DNA of 64,000 nucleotides from Myxococcota bacterium (GTDB taxonomy: Bacteria > Myxococcota_A > UBA9160 > UBA6930). A program made the position numbers and the translations under genes. Below the pieces are notes generated by a model. The model worked only from the letters and a program-made list of their open reading frames with translations. It searched no databases and was not told the DNA's origin. The DNA lies in contig OZ245002.1 of NCBI GenBank assembly GCA_965223415.1, forward strand, positions 4,224,001-4,288,000. Reading direction: 5' to 3'. Shown piece by piece: positions 55,994 to 64,000 of the stretch (position 1 is its first letter; the number at the start of each line of letters is the position of its first letter).

Positions 55994-57354
55994 TCGATGC
56001 CGAGGCGCTGCATCCACCGGTAGAGGGTGGTGCGGTCGACCTGGAGGCGCGCGGCGGCCTCCTGCCGGCTGCCGCCGCAGGCGGCGAGAGCGGAACGGAT
56101 GCGCTCGGCGGTGACGCGGTCGAGGGTCGCGCGCAGGCTCTCGTCCTCAGGCGCCGCCGTCGGCGGCTCCCCCGCCGCCGCTGTGCCGGCGCCGCCCGGG
56201 AGCAGGTCCTCGAGCTCGATCCGCGAGCCGCGGGCCAGCACCACGCCACGCTCGATGGCGTTCTCGAGCTCTCGCGCGTTGCCGGGCCACCCGTGGCTCC
56301 GCATCCACGCCTCGGCCTCGTCGCTCCAGCCGTCCAGGGGAGGCGTCCGGTCCCGCGCCGCGGAAGCGAAGAAGCGCCGGGCGAGGGGCAGGACGTCTTC
56401 CGGCCGCTCCCGGAGCGGCGGCAGGTGGATCGGGATCACCGCGAGCCGGAAGTAGAGGTCCTCCCGGAAGCGCCCCGCTTCGACCTCGGCGGGCAGGTCG
56501 CGGTTGGTGGCGGCGACGATGCGCGCGTCGACCTCGTGCTCGGTCTCGCCGCCCACCCGCACGAGCCGCTTCTCCTGGAGCACCCGCAGCAGCTTGGCCT
56601 GGAACTCCAGGGACACCTCGCCCATCTCGTCGAGGAAGAGGGTCCCGCCGTTCGCCCGCTCGAACAGGCCGGCTCGGGCGCGCTCCGCTCCCGTGAAGGC
56701 GCCACGCTCGTGGCCGAAGAGCTCGCTCTCCAGCACGCCCGGGGCCAGTGCCTTGCAGTTCACCGCGACGAAGGGGCCGCCGACCCGCTCCGAGAGCACG
56801 TGCACGGCGCGGGCGATGCGCTCCTTGCCCGTGCCGCTCTCGCCGGTGACGAGCACGGTGGCCTCGCTGCGTGCCGCCCGGCGGACGATGTCCATCACCT
56901 CGGCCATCATCGGGCTCTCGGCGACGATGGCCTCGCTGCCCTGCTCCCGGCCGAGCTCCGCGCGCAGGTGGCGGTTCTCGCGGCGCAGCCGGGTGTGTTC
57001 CAGGGCACGCTTCACGAGGGCGCGGAGGCCGTCGTTGTCGAAGGGCTTCTCGACGTAGTCGAAGGCGCCTAGCTGCACCGCGCGCACGGCGGTCTCGATG
57101 CTCGCGTGGGCGGTGAGGACGACGACCGGCAGGTCCGCGTCGATCTCCCGCAGCCGCTCGAGCACGGCGATGCCGTCCATGCCGGGCATGCGGAGGTCGG
57201 TCAGCAGCAGGTCGAAGCGCCCCTCCGTGAGGGCGGCGAGGGCCGCTTCCGGCGCGTCGAAGCCCACGGCTTCGTAGCCCTCGCGGCGCAGGAGCATCTC
57301 GAGGATGGCAACGAGCCGGGCCTCGTCGTCGAGGATGGCGATGCGGGGCTTCAA
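55990..57354 (-). CDS. Sigma-54-dependent response regulator (NtrC family)
   Basis: Receiver (LDDE, TDLRMP, KP), GESGTGKE, GAFTGA, FLDE, WPGNAREL, Fis HTH; TTG start overlapping the kinase stop. Confidence 0.95.
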   Translation of the reverse strand: MKPRIAILDDEARLVAILEMLLRREGYEAVGFDAPEAALAALTEGRFDLLLTDLRMPGMDGIAVLERLREIDADLPVVVLTAHASIETAVRAVQLGAFDYVEKPFDNDGLRALVKRALEHTRLRRENRHLRAELGREQGSEAIVAESPMMAEVMDIVRRAARSEATVLVTGESGTGKERIARAVHVLSERVGGPFVAVNCKALAPGVLESELFGHERGAFTGAERARAGLFERANGGTLFLDEMGEVSLEFQAKLLRVLQEKRLVRVGGETEHEVDARIVAATNRDLPAEVEAGRFREDLYFRLAVIPIHLPPLRERPEDVLPLARRFFASAARDRTPPLDGWSDEAEAWMRSHGWPGNARELENAIERGVVLARGSRIELEDLLPGGAGTAAAGEPPTAAPEDESLRATLDRVTAERIRSALAACGGSRQEAAARLQVDRTTLYRWMQRLGID

Positions 57355-58316
57355 GCGGCCTCCTGCCGGCGCCACGGCAGGCTGAGCTCGAAGCAGGCGC
57401 CGCGGCCGCTCGGGCCCGCGCCGCCGCCGGGCACGAGCCGCAGGCTGCCGCCGTGGGCCCGGGCGATCTGCGCCGCCATGGCCAGGCCGAGGCCCGTGCC
57501 CTCCGCCTTGGTCGTGAAGAACGGCTCGAAGAGCTTGTCGCGGGCGTCCGGGGGAACGCCGGGGCCGTCGTCGGCCACCCGCAGGTGGAGGCCCCGCTCG
57601 TCGCGGGATCCCTCCAGGCGAACCCGTCCTTCGGGCGCGACCGCCTCCGCCGCATTCGTCAGCAGGCACAGGAGCACCTGGGAGACGAGACCCGGATCCA
57701 CGTCGATGCTCGTCCCCGCCAGGTCGTCCCTGCGGTCCGCGAACGCGACCCGGTGGGCCTCGAAGGGGGCCTGCGCCAGCTCGACGGCGCGCTCCACCAC
57801 CGCGTCGAGGGAGCTCGGCTGGGGCTCCAGCGTGGTGGGGCGGGCGAAGGCGAGCAGGGCGGTGATGAGGCCGTTCAGCCGGTCCGCCTCCTCCACCACG
57901 AAGGCGCAGGCGCGGTGGGCGTCGTCGCCGGAGTCGAACTGCTCCTGCACCATGGCCGCGGAGGCGCGCATCACGCCCAGGGGGTTGCGCACCTCGTGGG
58001 CGATGCCGGCGGCGAGCCGGCCGATCGCGGCCAGCTTCTCGTTCTCGAAGGCGCTGCGTTCGGAGGCCGCCAGGGCCTCTCCCTGGGCGCGGATCCGCTC
58101 CGCGTCCCGTCGCGCCCGCTCCCGGGCGCGATACAGGGCGCCGGCCAGGCCGCCCATCACGGTGAGGTTGAAGGTGAAGGTCGCGCCCACGAGCCAGGTC
58201 GCGTCGGCGCCGCCGAGCCGCATCTCCACGCCCGTCCAGGCCAGGGCCAGGGTGTCCACCAGCCCGAGGGCGGCTCCTGTCAGCGCGCCCCACAGGGCCC
58301 AGCGCCGTTCCGTCAC
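57351..58316 (-). CDS. Membrane sensor histidine kinase
   Basis: Two TM helices, AHEVRNPL, NAAEA, DDGPG, FFTTK, GTGLGL; start approximate. Confidence 0.92.
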   Translation of the reverse strand: MTERRWALWGALTGAALGLVDTLALAWTGVEMRLGGADATWLVGATFTFNLTVMGGLAGALYRARERARRDAERIRAQGEALAASERSAFENEKLAAIGRLAAGIAHEVRNPLGVMRASAAMVQEQFDSGDDAHRACAFVVEEADRLNGLITALLAFARPTTLEPQPSSLDAVVERAVELAQAPFEAHRVAFADRRDDLAGTSIDVDPGLVSQVLLCLLTNAAEAVAPEGRVRLEGSRDERGLHLRVADDGPGVPPDARDKLFEPFFTTKAEGTGLGLAMAAQIARAHGGSLRLVPGGGAGPSGRGACFELSLPWRRQEAA

Positions 58317-58413
58317 GAGGTGACTCCTCTCGATCGAAGGGTAACGCCAGGGCATCCTCCGCAAGCCGCATGCCACGGCGCGGAGGCCCGCCGGGCCCGT
58401 CCGGGCGTGCCCC

Positions 58414-58452
58414 GTTGCAGCGCTGCCACGGCCCGTGTTGCAGGGCTGCAAC
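58414..58452. promoter_or_regulatory. Tandem palindromic enhancer (UAS) sites, probably for the adjacent NtrC-family regulator
   Basis: GTTGCAG-N2-CTGC(C/A)AC at 58414-58429 and 58437-58452. Confidence 0.65.
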
Positions 58453-58491
58453 CCGCCCGGACCGGGAGCGGGCCGGGGAGCTCCCCGCGGC

Positions 58492-58507
58492 CGGCACGCC
58501 GCTTGCT
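58492..58507 (+). promoter_or_regulatory. Sigma-54 -24/-12 promoter
   Basis: cGGCACG-ccgc-TTGCT matches TGGCACG-N4-TTGCW. Confidence 0.8.
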
Positions 58508-58543
58508 CTTCAACGCGGCACACGCCCACCCTTGGAGGAACCC

Positions 58544-58855
58544 ATGTCTCGCATCATCGCCCTCGGTCTCGTGCTCGCGGCCTTCCTGGTCATGACGGAT
58601 CTCGCGATCCTGGAGCACGGCTACGTCGGCTTCTTCGAGCTGATGTTCGCGAACTCCGCCACGCGTCTGGCCATGCTGGATCTCGGCATCGTGCTGGTCC
58701 TGTTCACGCTGTGGCAGTGGACCGACGCGAAGGACCGCGGCCTTCCGTTCTGGCCCTATGCCGCCGTCAGCCTGACCTTCGGCGCCGCCGGTCCGCTCGC
58801 CTACCTGATCCACCGCACGCTTCGCGAAGAGCGCCGGGTTCCTGCAGTCGCCTGA
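58544..58855 (+). CDS. Small membrane protein (DUF2834-like)
   Basis: Three TM segments, LDLGIV, DAKDRG, FGAAGPLAYL; GGAGG RBS. Confidence 0.75.
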   Translation: MSRIIALGLVLAAFLVMTDLAILEHGYVGFFELMFANSATRLAMLDLGIVLVLFTLWQWTDAKDRGLPFWPYAAVSLTFGAAGPLAYLIHRTLREERRVPAVA

Positions 58856-58918
58856 CCCGGCCCGCCCCCTGGCCCTTCCGACCGATCTGCACTACCGGTC
58901 GGTCGGGGAGGCCTGCCG

Positions 58919-59380
58919 GTGGAGAAGGGCGACCTGGTCGAAATCGAAGCCATCAAGCAGCTCAAGGCCCGCTACTTCCGCCTCCTGGACCAGAAGCGCT
59001 GGGAGGAGTGGGGCCAGGTCTTCAGCGAGGACGCGGAGCTCGATACGACCCAGGAGGCGCCGAACGCCCGGGCTTCCGGCCGCGACGCCATCGTCGAGAT
59101 GGTGAGCACGGCGGTCGGCGCCGCGGTGACGGTCCACCACGGCCACATGCCGGAGATCGAGATCACCGGGCCGACCACGGCGAGCGGCACCTGGGCGATG
59201 GAGGACTACCTCGAGTTTCCGGGCGATCCGCCGCCGCTGGTGGTGCACGGCCGGGGCCACTACTTCGAGGAGTACGAGAAAGGCGGCGACGGCGCCTGGC
59301 GGATCAAGTCGCTCACCCTGCGTCGGCTCTGGCTCCAGCACAGCGGGAAGCGGACCTTCCCGCCTCAAGGCCTGCCCTGA
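58919..59380 (+). CDS. NTF2/SnoaL-like protein (BaiE-like)
   Basis: IEAIKQLKARYFRLLD, HHGHMPEI, GTWAMED, WRIKS. Confidence 0.88.
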   Translation: MEKGDLVEIEAIKQLKARYFRLLDQKRWEEWGQVFSEDAELDTTQEAPNARASGRDAIVEMVSTAVGAAVTVHHGHMPEIEITGPTTASGTWAMEDYLEFPGDPPPLVVHGRGHYFEEYEKGGDGAWRIKSLTLRRLWLQHSGKRTFPPQGLP

Positions 59381-60297
59381 GCAGCCGGGCGGAGGGACGC
59401 TTCCTTCGCGAGGGCCTGGGCGCCGGCGACGCGGAACGCATCGGCGCCGGCGAGTGGTCGACGGCCTATGCCTTCGAGCGGGACGGCCGGCGCCTCGTCG
59501 CGCGCTTCGGACACCACCCCGAGGACTTCCGCAAGGACGCCCTGGCGGCGGAGCGCTTCTCCGGGCGTCTGCCCGTCCCGCGGGTGCTCGAAGTGGGGCC
59601 CGCGCACGGGGGCCTCTCGTACGCGGTGTCGGCCTGGGCGCCGGGAGAGCCCCTCGACGGGCTGTCCGAGCCGGGCCTGCGCGCAGCGCTGCCGAGCCTG
59701 CTCGACGCGATGGACGCGATTCGCGCGCTGCCGCCCCCGGGGCCGGAGGGCTTCGGCATGTGGCGCAGCGACGGCCGCACGCCGCACCGGAGCTGGCGGG
59801 CCGCGCTGCTCGCCCTCGTGGAGGAGGAGGAGCTTCCGCGCGCTGCCGGCTGGCGCGCCTTTCTGCGGGCGGAGCCCGAGTGGGCCGCTCGCTTCGACGC
59901 GTCCGCCGCGGCTCTCGCCGAGCTGGCCGGCGCGTGCCCGCCCGGGGTGCGCCACGTGGTCCACGCGGATCTCACCGCCGGCAACGTGCTCGTGGCCGAC
60001 GGCCGCGTGACGGCCGTTCTCGACTGGGGCAACTCGCTCGTGGGCGACTTCCTCTACGACGTCGCCTGGCTCGTCTTCCGGTCCCCCTGGCACCCGGGGC
60101 TCGACGCGGACCTCGTGCTGGCCGAGACCCGCCGGCGCTGCGCCGCCAGCGGCGACGACCTCTCCCACTTCGAGGAGCGCCTGCGCGCGTGCGGGCTCCA
60201 CATCGGCCTCGACTCGCTGGCCTACAACGCCTTCCGCCACGACGCCGTGAATCTGCGCGGGACGCTCGGGCGGATGCGGGAGCTCTTCTCCCTCTAG
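59377..60297 (+). CDS. Aminoglycoside phosphotransferase / kinase-like protein (start uncertain)
   Basis: IGAGEWS, HADLTAGNVL, VLDWG, GDFLYD. Confidence 0.8.
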   Translation: MSSRAEGRFLREGLGAGDAERIGAGEWSTAYAFERDGRRLVARFGHHPEDFRKDALAAERFSGRLPVPRVLEVGPAHGGLSYAVSAWAPGEPLDGLSEPGLRAALPSLLDAMDAIRALPPPGPEGFGMWRSDGRTPHRSWRAALLALVEEEELPRAAGWRAFLRAEPEWAARFDASAAALAELAGACPPGVRHVVHADLTAGNVLVADGRVTAVLDWGNSLVGDFLYDVAWLVFRSPWHPGLDADLVLAETRRRCAASGDDLSHFEERLRACGLHIGLDSLAYNAFRHDAVNLRGTLGRMRELFSL

Positions 60298-60317
60298 CGC
60301 GGCGCCGTTCCCGAGAG

Positions 60318-60956
60318 CTAGGCGAGCTCCAGCAGGTTCCGGGCCAGGTCGACGCCGTCCTTCGCCTGGGCGCCCCAGCCGTCCGCGCCTTGGTCGTCGG
60401 CCCACTGCTGGGTCGTCACGCCTCCGCCGACGATCACCGGGTACTTGTCCCGGACCTTCATCTCCTGGAGCAGGTCGAGCAGCTCCGCGAACTTCTCGAG
60501 GGCCGGGGCGAAGACCACCGACACCGCGATCATGTCCGCGCCGCTCTTCTCCGCCGTCTCGTAGAAATCCCAGGGCGTGTTCTTCTCGCCCATGTCGATC
60601 ACGTCGAAGCCGCCGATCGAGAGCAGGGTTCCCACCAGGTTCTTGCCGATGTTGTGCTGGCTGAGGAGCGTGCCCAGCACGATCTTCCGATTGTTCTTCG
60701 GCGTCTCGCCCCGGGGAAGCGCCGCCTCGATCAACGGGATGCAGGTCTTGGCGGTCACGCCCGCGCGCACCAGGTCGAGCACGATGGCCTTGCGGGCGGC
60801 GAAGCGATCGCCCACGTCGCTCAGGCCCTGCATCACGCCTTCTTCGAGCAGCTGCATGGGGTCGAGGCCAGCGGCCAGGAGCTCGCGGGTCATCTCCGCG
60901 GCCGGCTCCGGCTGGGTCTCGCTCACCTTCCGTCGCAGGTCTCCGATCGTCGCCAT
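60318..60956 (-). CDS. Corrinoid (B12-binding) methyltransferase partner protein, MtmC/MttC-like
   Basis: Cap domain GLSDVGDRF, HNIGKNLV, GFDVIDMG, VIVGGG, GADGW. Confidence 0.85.
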   Translation of the reverse strand: MATIGDLRRKVSETQPEPAAEMTRELLAAGLDPMQLLEEGVMQGLSDVGDRFAARKAIVLDLVRAGVTAKTCIPLIEAALPRGETPKNNRKIVLGTLLSQHNIGKNLVGTLLSIGGFDVIDMGEKNTPWDFYETAEKSGADMIAVSVVFAPALEKFAELLDLLQEMKVRDKYPVIVGGGVTTQQWADDQGADGWGAQAKDGVDLARNLLELA

Positions 60957-60966
60957 TCATCCTCTC

Positions 60967-62325
60967 CTAGGCGTCGGTCCAGGTGGGGTAGTCCAGTCCG
61001 AGCTCCCGGAAGATCCGGGTGAACTTCCGGTACTGCAGGACGAGCTCCTCGCGGGGGCGGAGGGTCGTCAGGTCGTAGAGCTTGTCGAGCCCGACCGGGG
61101 GCGGAGTGGGCTCGCGCTCCGCCGCATTGATCTTTCGGATGATCTCCACGCCCTCTTGCGGAGTGAGGGTCGCGGCGGCCCGGGCGATCTCTCCCGCCCA
61201 GCGGCACTCGAGGCCCGTCGAGCCCCCTGCCAGCCACAGAGCCTCCATCCCGGAGATGCAGGCATTGATGCAGTGGGTGGCCGTGTCGTACCAGGCGTCG
61301 TCCGAGAAGGCGGCGCCGGGCTGGCCCGTACTGCCGAAGGAAACCCAGGGGAGCTTCAGGTTCCGCTCCGCCGCGAGCGCCGCCGCCGAGTTGCACCAGG
61401 TGATGTCGGCCCCGACGTAGCTGCCGTGGATCGACATCGACATGGCCTGGGTGAGTGCGCCGCCCGAGTAGCAGAGCATGCCCAGGGTGTGGGCGATGAT
61501 CTCGATGGCCGCCTGCTCCGGCCCGGTCACGTAGCCGTACATCGCCGGGGAGCTGCTCATCCATGGCTCGATGCCGTGTTGGTCGCCGAAGAAGGCCAGG
61601 TTGAAGCGGTCGTAGTTGATCCGCATGTCCTGGAGGGTCTGCACCGGCAGCGTGCAGTTCCGAGCGTTGTACATGCCGGGACCGAAGGTGCTCATCATCG
61701 CGAGCGGCGTCGTGGCGCTCATCGGGATGCCGAAGAAGAGGCCCGGCTTGCCTGCCCAGGCCGCCGCCTCGTTCATCGCGCGGGCCTCGGTCTGGCACAC
61801 GACGGTCTGGGCCGGCGTGTCGAGGATGTTCTTCAGCTCGCCCACGCCGAGCAACGGGATCGGGATCACGCCGTCGCAGGTCGGCTCCTGCATCGACGTC
61901 ATGGCGTAGAGCTTGTAGCGGTCGACGTTCTTGGTGAGCGCGCCCGCCGGGAACCAGGTGAAGGGATGCCGGGCGTCGCCCGGCGCCCGGGGCGAGAGGG
62001 TGATGGCCTCGCGCCCGGATCCCAGGGTGATCTCGTGGCGGGCGGCGGCGATGGCCTCGAGGACCTCCTCCTCGGTGAACTTGACGATCCGCCGGGTGTC
62101 CTTGCAGTAGAGGCCCACCTCGAGCAGCAGGTCGAGGCCCGCGCGGAAGATCGCGTCCGCCAGGTCGGGGTCGATCATCACCGGGTCTTCGCCGTTCCAT
62201 TCGATCCGGTGCCGGGCCTGCACCTCGGCCATGACGGTGGGGAAGAGCTCGGTCTCGAACTTCTCTTCGATCATGATCGGCCCGGTGCCCGAGCGCTCGA
62301 CCGCCTGCCAGAGGAGCTTGCCCAT
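60967..62325 (-). CDS. Monomethylamine:corrinoid methyltransferase (MtmB) homolog without pyrrolysine
   Basis: GLYCKDTRRIVKFTEEEV, LGSGREA, AGKPGL, TGLECRWAGEIARA, YDLTTLRP, ELGL resemble Methanosarcina MtmB; no in-frame TAG. Confidence 0.8.
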   Translation of the reverse strand: MGKLLWQAVERSGTGPIMIEEKFETELFPTVMAEVQARHRIEWNGEDPVMIDPDLADAIFRAGLDLLLEVGLYCKDTRRIVKFTEEEVLEAIAAARHEITLGSGREAITLSPRAPGDARHPFTWFPAGALTKNVDRYKLYAMTSMQEPTCDGVIPIPLLGVGELKNILDTPAQTVVCQTEARAMNEAAAWAGKPGLFFGIPMSATTPLAMMSTFGPGMYNARNCTLPVQTLQDMRINYDRFNLAFFGDQHGIEPWMSSSPAMYGYVTGPEQAAIEIIAHTLGMLCYSGGALTQAMSMSIHGSYVGADITWCNSAAALAAERNLKLPWVSFGSTGQPGAAFSDDAWYDTATHCINACISGMEALWLAGGSTGLECRWAGEIARAAATLTPQEGVEIIRKINAAEREPTPPPVGLDKLYDLTTLRPREELVLQYRKFTRIFRELGLDYPTWTDA

Positions 62326-62336
62326 GGAGGTCTCCT

Positions 62337-63518
62337 TCAGCCCTGCAGGTAGCACTCGCCCTCGCGCATGCAGCGCATGAGGGCGGCGCATTCCTGGCCG
62401 ACGTAGCGGATGTGCTGGGGCAGCAGCCACGGCATCACGTCCACGATGTACCAGGAGAGATCCTCGGGGTCGCTGAAGGCGTCCTCCCACTGGATGTCGC
62501 TGGCATCGTGGTTGAGCAGCATCGCCCGGGCCTTGCCGCCGTCGTTGCCGAACAGGAAGACGCCGGAGGGATCGACGTGGAGGGGCAGGGGGCGCTTGAA
62601 CCAGTCTCCCAGCACACGCCAGGAGCGCGCGAAGTCCCGGGCCGGGAGCACGACCCGTTGGAGGAGGAAGGTGGCCGTACCCGCTTCGACCCCGAGACGC
62701 CGGGCCTCCTCCCGGTGTCGGCGCACGAGGGCCGTCGCTTCGAGGGGCCAGTCCGTGTAGACGTCGCAGCGCTGCAGCACGTAGGAGGCGAAGAGCTTGT
62801 CCTCGACGATCTCGAAGTCTGCCGACGCGAGGTTCGCGTCCCGCGCACCGGGGAGGAAGCACCGTTCGAAATCGTCGCGGGTGAAGTCCAGGAAGGCAGG
62901 GAACTCGTCCCTCGCCTCCTTCTCGCCATTCTCGAGGACCGGTGTCTCGACGGTCACCAGGGCGTTCAGCGCCACGGCGGCGCGCTCGCCGGGGGCGCTC
63001 TCCCGCTCGCTGCCGATCCGGAGCGCGAGGTTCAGGAGCTGGAGCCAGCCGTCGGCGACGCTGCTGGTGAAGATCGGGAAGCTCGTCTTGCGCGAGAGGA
63101 AGACCTTCCGCTCGGGGATTTCGGGCGCGGTCAGGCGGAGGCCCGTGCGCTCTCCGGACCGGAAGGGCAGGTCGCGGATCGACGCGGCCAGGTCGCCTTG
63201 AGGCTTCTCGCGCAGGTCCGATATCTGGACGTCCGACCGCAGGGCATCGACGGGGGTGGCGCCGAGCTCCGGCGAGAGCCGCCCACGAGGGCCCGCCAGC
63301 CGGCCGTCCTCGTCGAGGCCCTGCTTCCAGAGGACGACCAGGGCGTCGCCGGTGGCCTTCCGGTCGTCGCCCGCGAGCACCAGGTGGCGGACGTCCGGGT
63401 GCGCTGCCAGCTCTCGCAGCAGCTGCTCCAGCTCGGAGCGGGAGCCGAGCGGCGCCGAGAACGCGATGCGCTCTCCTTCGAGATGGGTGCCACAGACGAC
63501 GACGTCACGAGTGGGCAT
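62337..63518 (-). CDS. Fusion of MtrA-like, degenerate thymidylate synthase-like and DUF4346-like domains
   Basis: AAHPDVRHLVLAG...TGDALVVLWKQGLDEDGRL; VADGWLQLL...KLFASYVLQRCDVYTDWP; DPSGVF...HIRYVGQE...YLQG; AGGAGG RBS. Confidence 0.65.
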   Translation of the reverse strand: MPTRDVVVCGTHLEGERIAFSAPLGSRSELEQLLRELAAHPDVRHLVLAGDDRKATGDALVVLWKQGLDEDGRLAGPRGRLSPELGATPVDALRSDVQISDLREKPQGDLAASIRDLPFRSGERTGLRLTAPEIPERKVFLSRKTSFPIFTSSVADGWLQLLNLALRIGSERESAPGERAAVALNALVTVETPVLENGEKEARDEFPAFLDFTRDDFERCFLPGARDANLASADFEIVEDKLFASYVLQRCDVYTDWPLEATALVRRHREEARRLGVEAGTATFLLQRVVLPARDFARSWRVLGDWFKRPLPLHVDPSGVFLFGNDGGKARAMLLNHDASDIQWEDAFSDPEDLSWYIVDVMPWLLPQHIRYVGQECAALMRCMREGECYLQG

Positions 63519-64000
63519 GACGATCCTCCTGGCCTCTGCGGGTGCAGAAGGCACGGATGAACTGGTCTTCCAGCCGTTCGAGCACGGCTTCGTGGGCCGC
63601 CTCCAGGCCCTGCTCGACCCAGTGGGTCAGCTCCACCTGCTTGAGGGCGAGCATCTTGCGGACCAGCAGGTCCGGGTCGTCCGGGACGTAGAGGCCCTCT
63701 GCGATGCCGCGTTCGAACAGCGCGCGCGGGATCGCGGCGCCCTCGTCCCAGATCGGCGACTCCCCGGCCGCGTTGGCGAGCCTCGACGCCCAGCCGTAGC
63801 CGTCGCGGCTGCACATTCGCAGGAAGTCCGGGCGCTCGAGGAAGTAGCGGGCGCCTTCCCGCAGCACCGCCAGGTGGGCGGGGAGGGTGTCCGCGTGCGC
63901 GTCGTGGGCGGCTCGTATGCAGGCGAGGAATTCGCGCATCCGCACCCGGTGGATCTCGCGGAAGAGCGAGTCCTTTCCGTCGATGACGCCGTAGAGGGTC
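63505..64000 (-). CDS. TetR/AcrR family transcriptional regulator (5' end beyond window)
   Basis: Frame open to the window edge, TLYGVIDGKDSLF end of the TetR HTH; FERGIAEG. Confidence 0.75.
   Translation of the reverse strand, partial: TLYGVIDGKDSLFREIHRVRMREFLACIRAAHDAHADTLPAHLAVLREGARYFLERPDFLRMCSRDGYGWASRLANAAGESPIWDEGAAIPRALFERGIAEGLYVPDDPDLLVRKMLALKQVELTHWVEQGLEAAHEAVLERLEDQFIRAFCTRRGQEDRHAHS

Noticed and set aside
52394..60297. Antibiotic resistance calls for the beta-lactamase-family and APH-family genes
   Set aside because: Motifs show only superfamily membership (esterase, kinase); no mobile context
60967..62325. Pyrrolysine (amber) recoding in the MtmB homolog
   Set aside because: No in-frame TAG before the terminal stop, and no pyl genes in the window
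62337..63518. Calling this thyA or mtrA, or inferring methanogenesis
   Set aside because: Catalytic and ligand residues appear absent, and no other mtr or mcr genes are present

Overview
Very GC-rich, gene-dense bacterial chromosomal window with about 60 CDS. No rRNA, tRNA, CRISPR array or transposase was recognisable by eye. The content mixes actinobacteria-like lipid/xenobiotic enzymes (F420-dependent LLM and deazaflavin nitroreductase, P450, SDRs, Rv1683-like lipase/acyl-CoA synthetase) with a sigma-54 two-component system, LolCDE-type ABC genes and norCBQD; a Myxococcota/deltaproteobacterial-type host is inferred, not shown. Highlights: (1) a minus-strand operon at the right end, TetR - [MtrA-like/degenerate thymidylate synthase/DUF4346-like fusion] - pyrrolysine-free MtmB homolog - corrinoid protein, a candidate undescribed B12-dependent methyl-transfer system; (2) an ECF sigma factor fused to ankyrin repeats and a degenerate F1-ATPase beta-like domain, with an internal RBS/ATG; (3) a membrane-anchored UxxC peroxiredoxin-like selenoprotein hidden by an in-frame TGA, with a SECIS-like hairpin; (4) two families of long perfect palindromes sitting on stop codons; (5) at least seven genes with a TANNNT-N6-start leaderless arrangement; (6) a DUF2156/MprF-C-like gene broken at an apparent microhomology junction. 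All protein calls rest on motif recognition from memory; no database searches were run.
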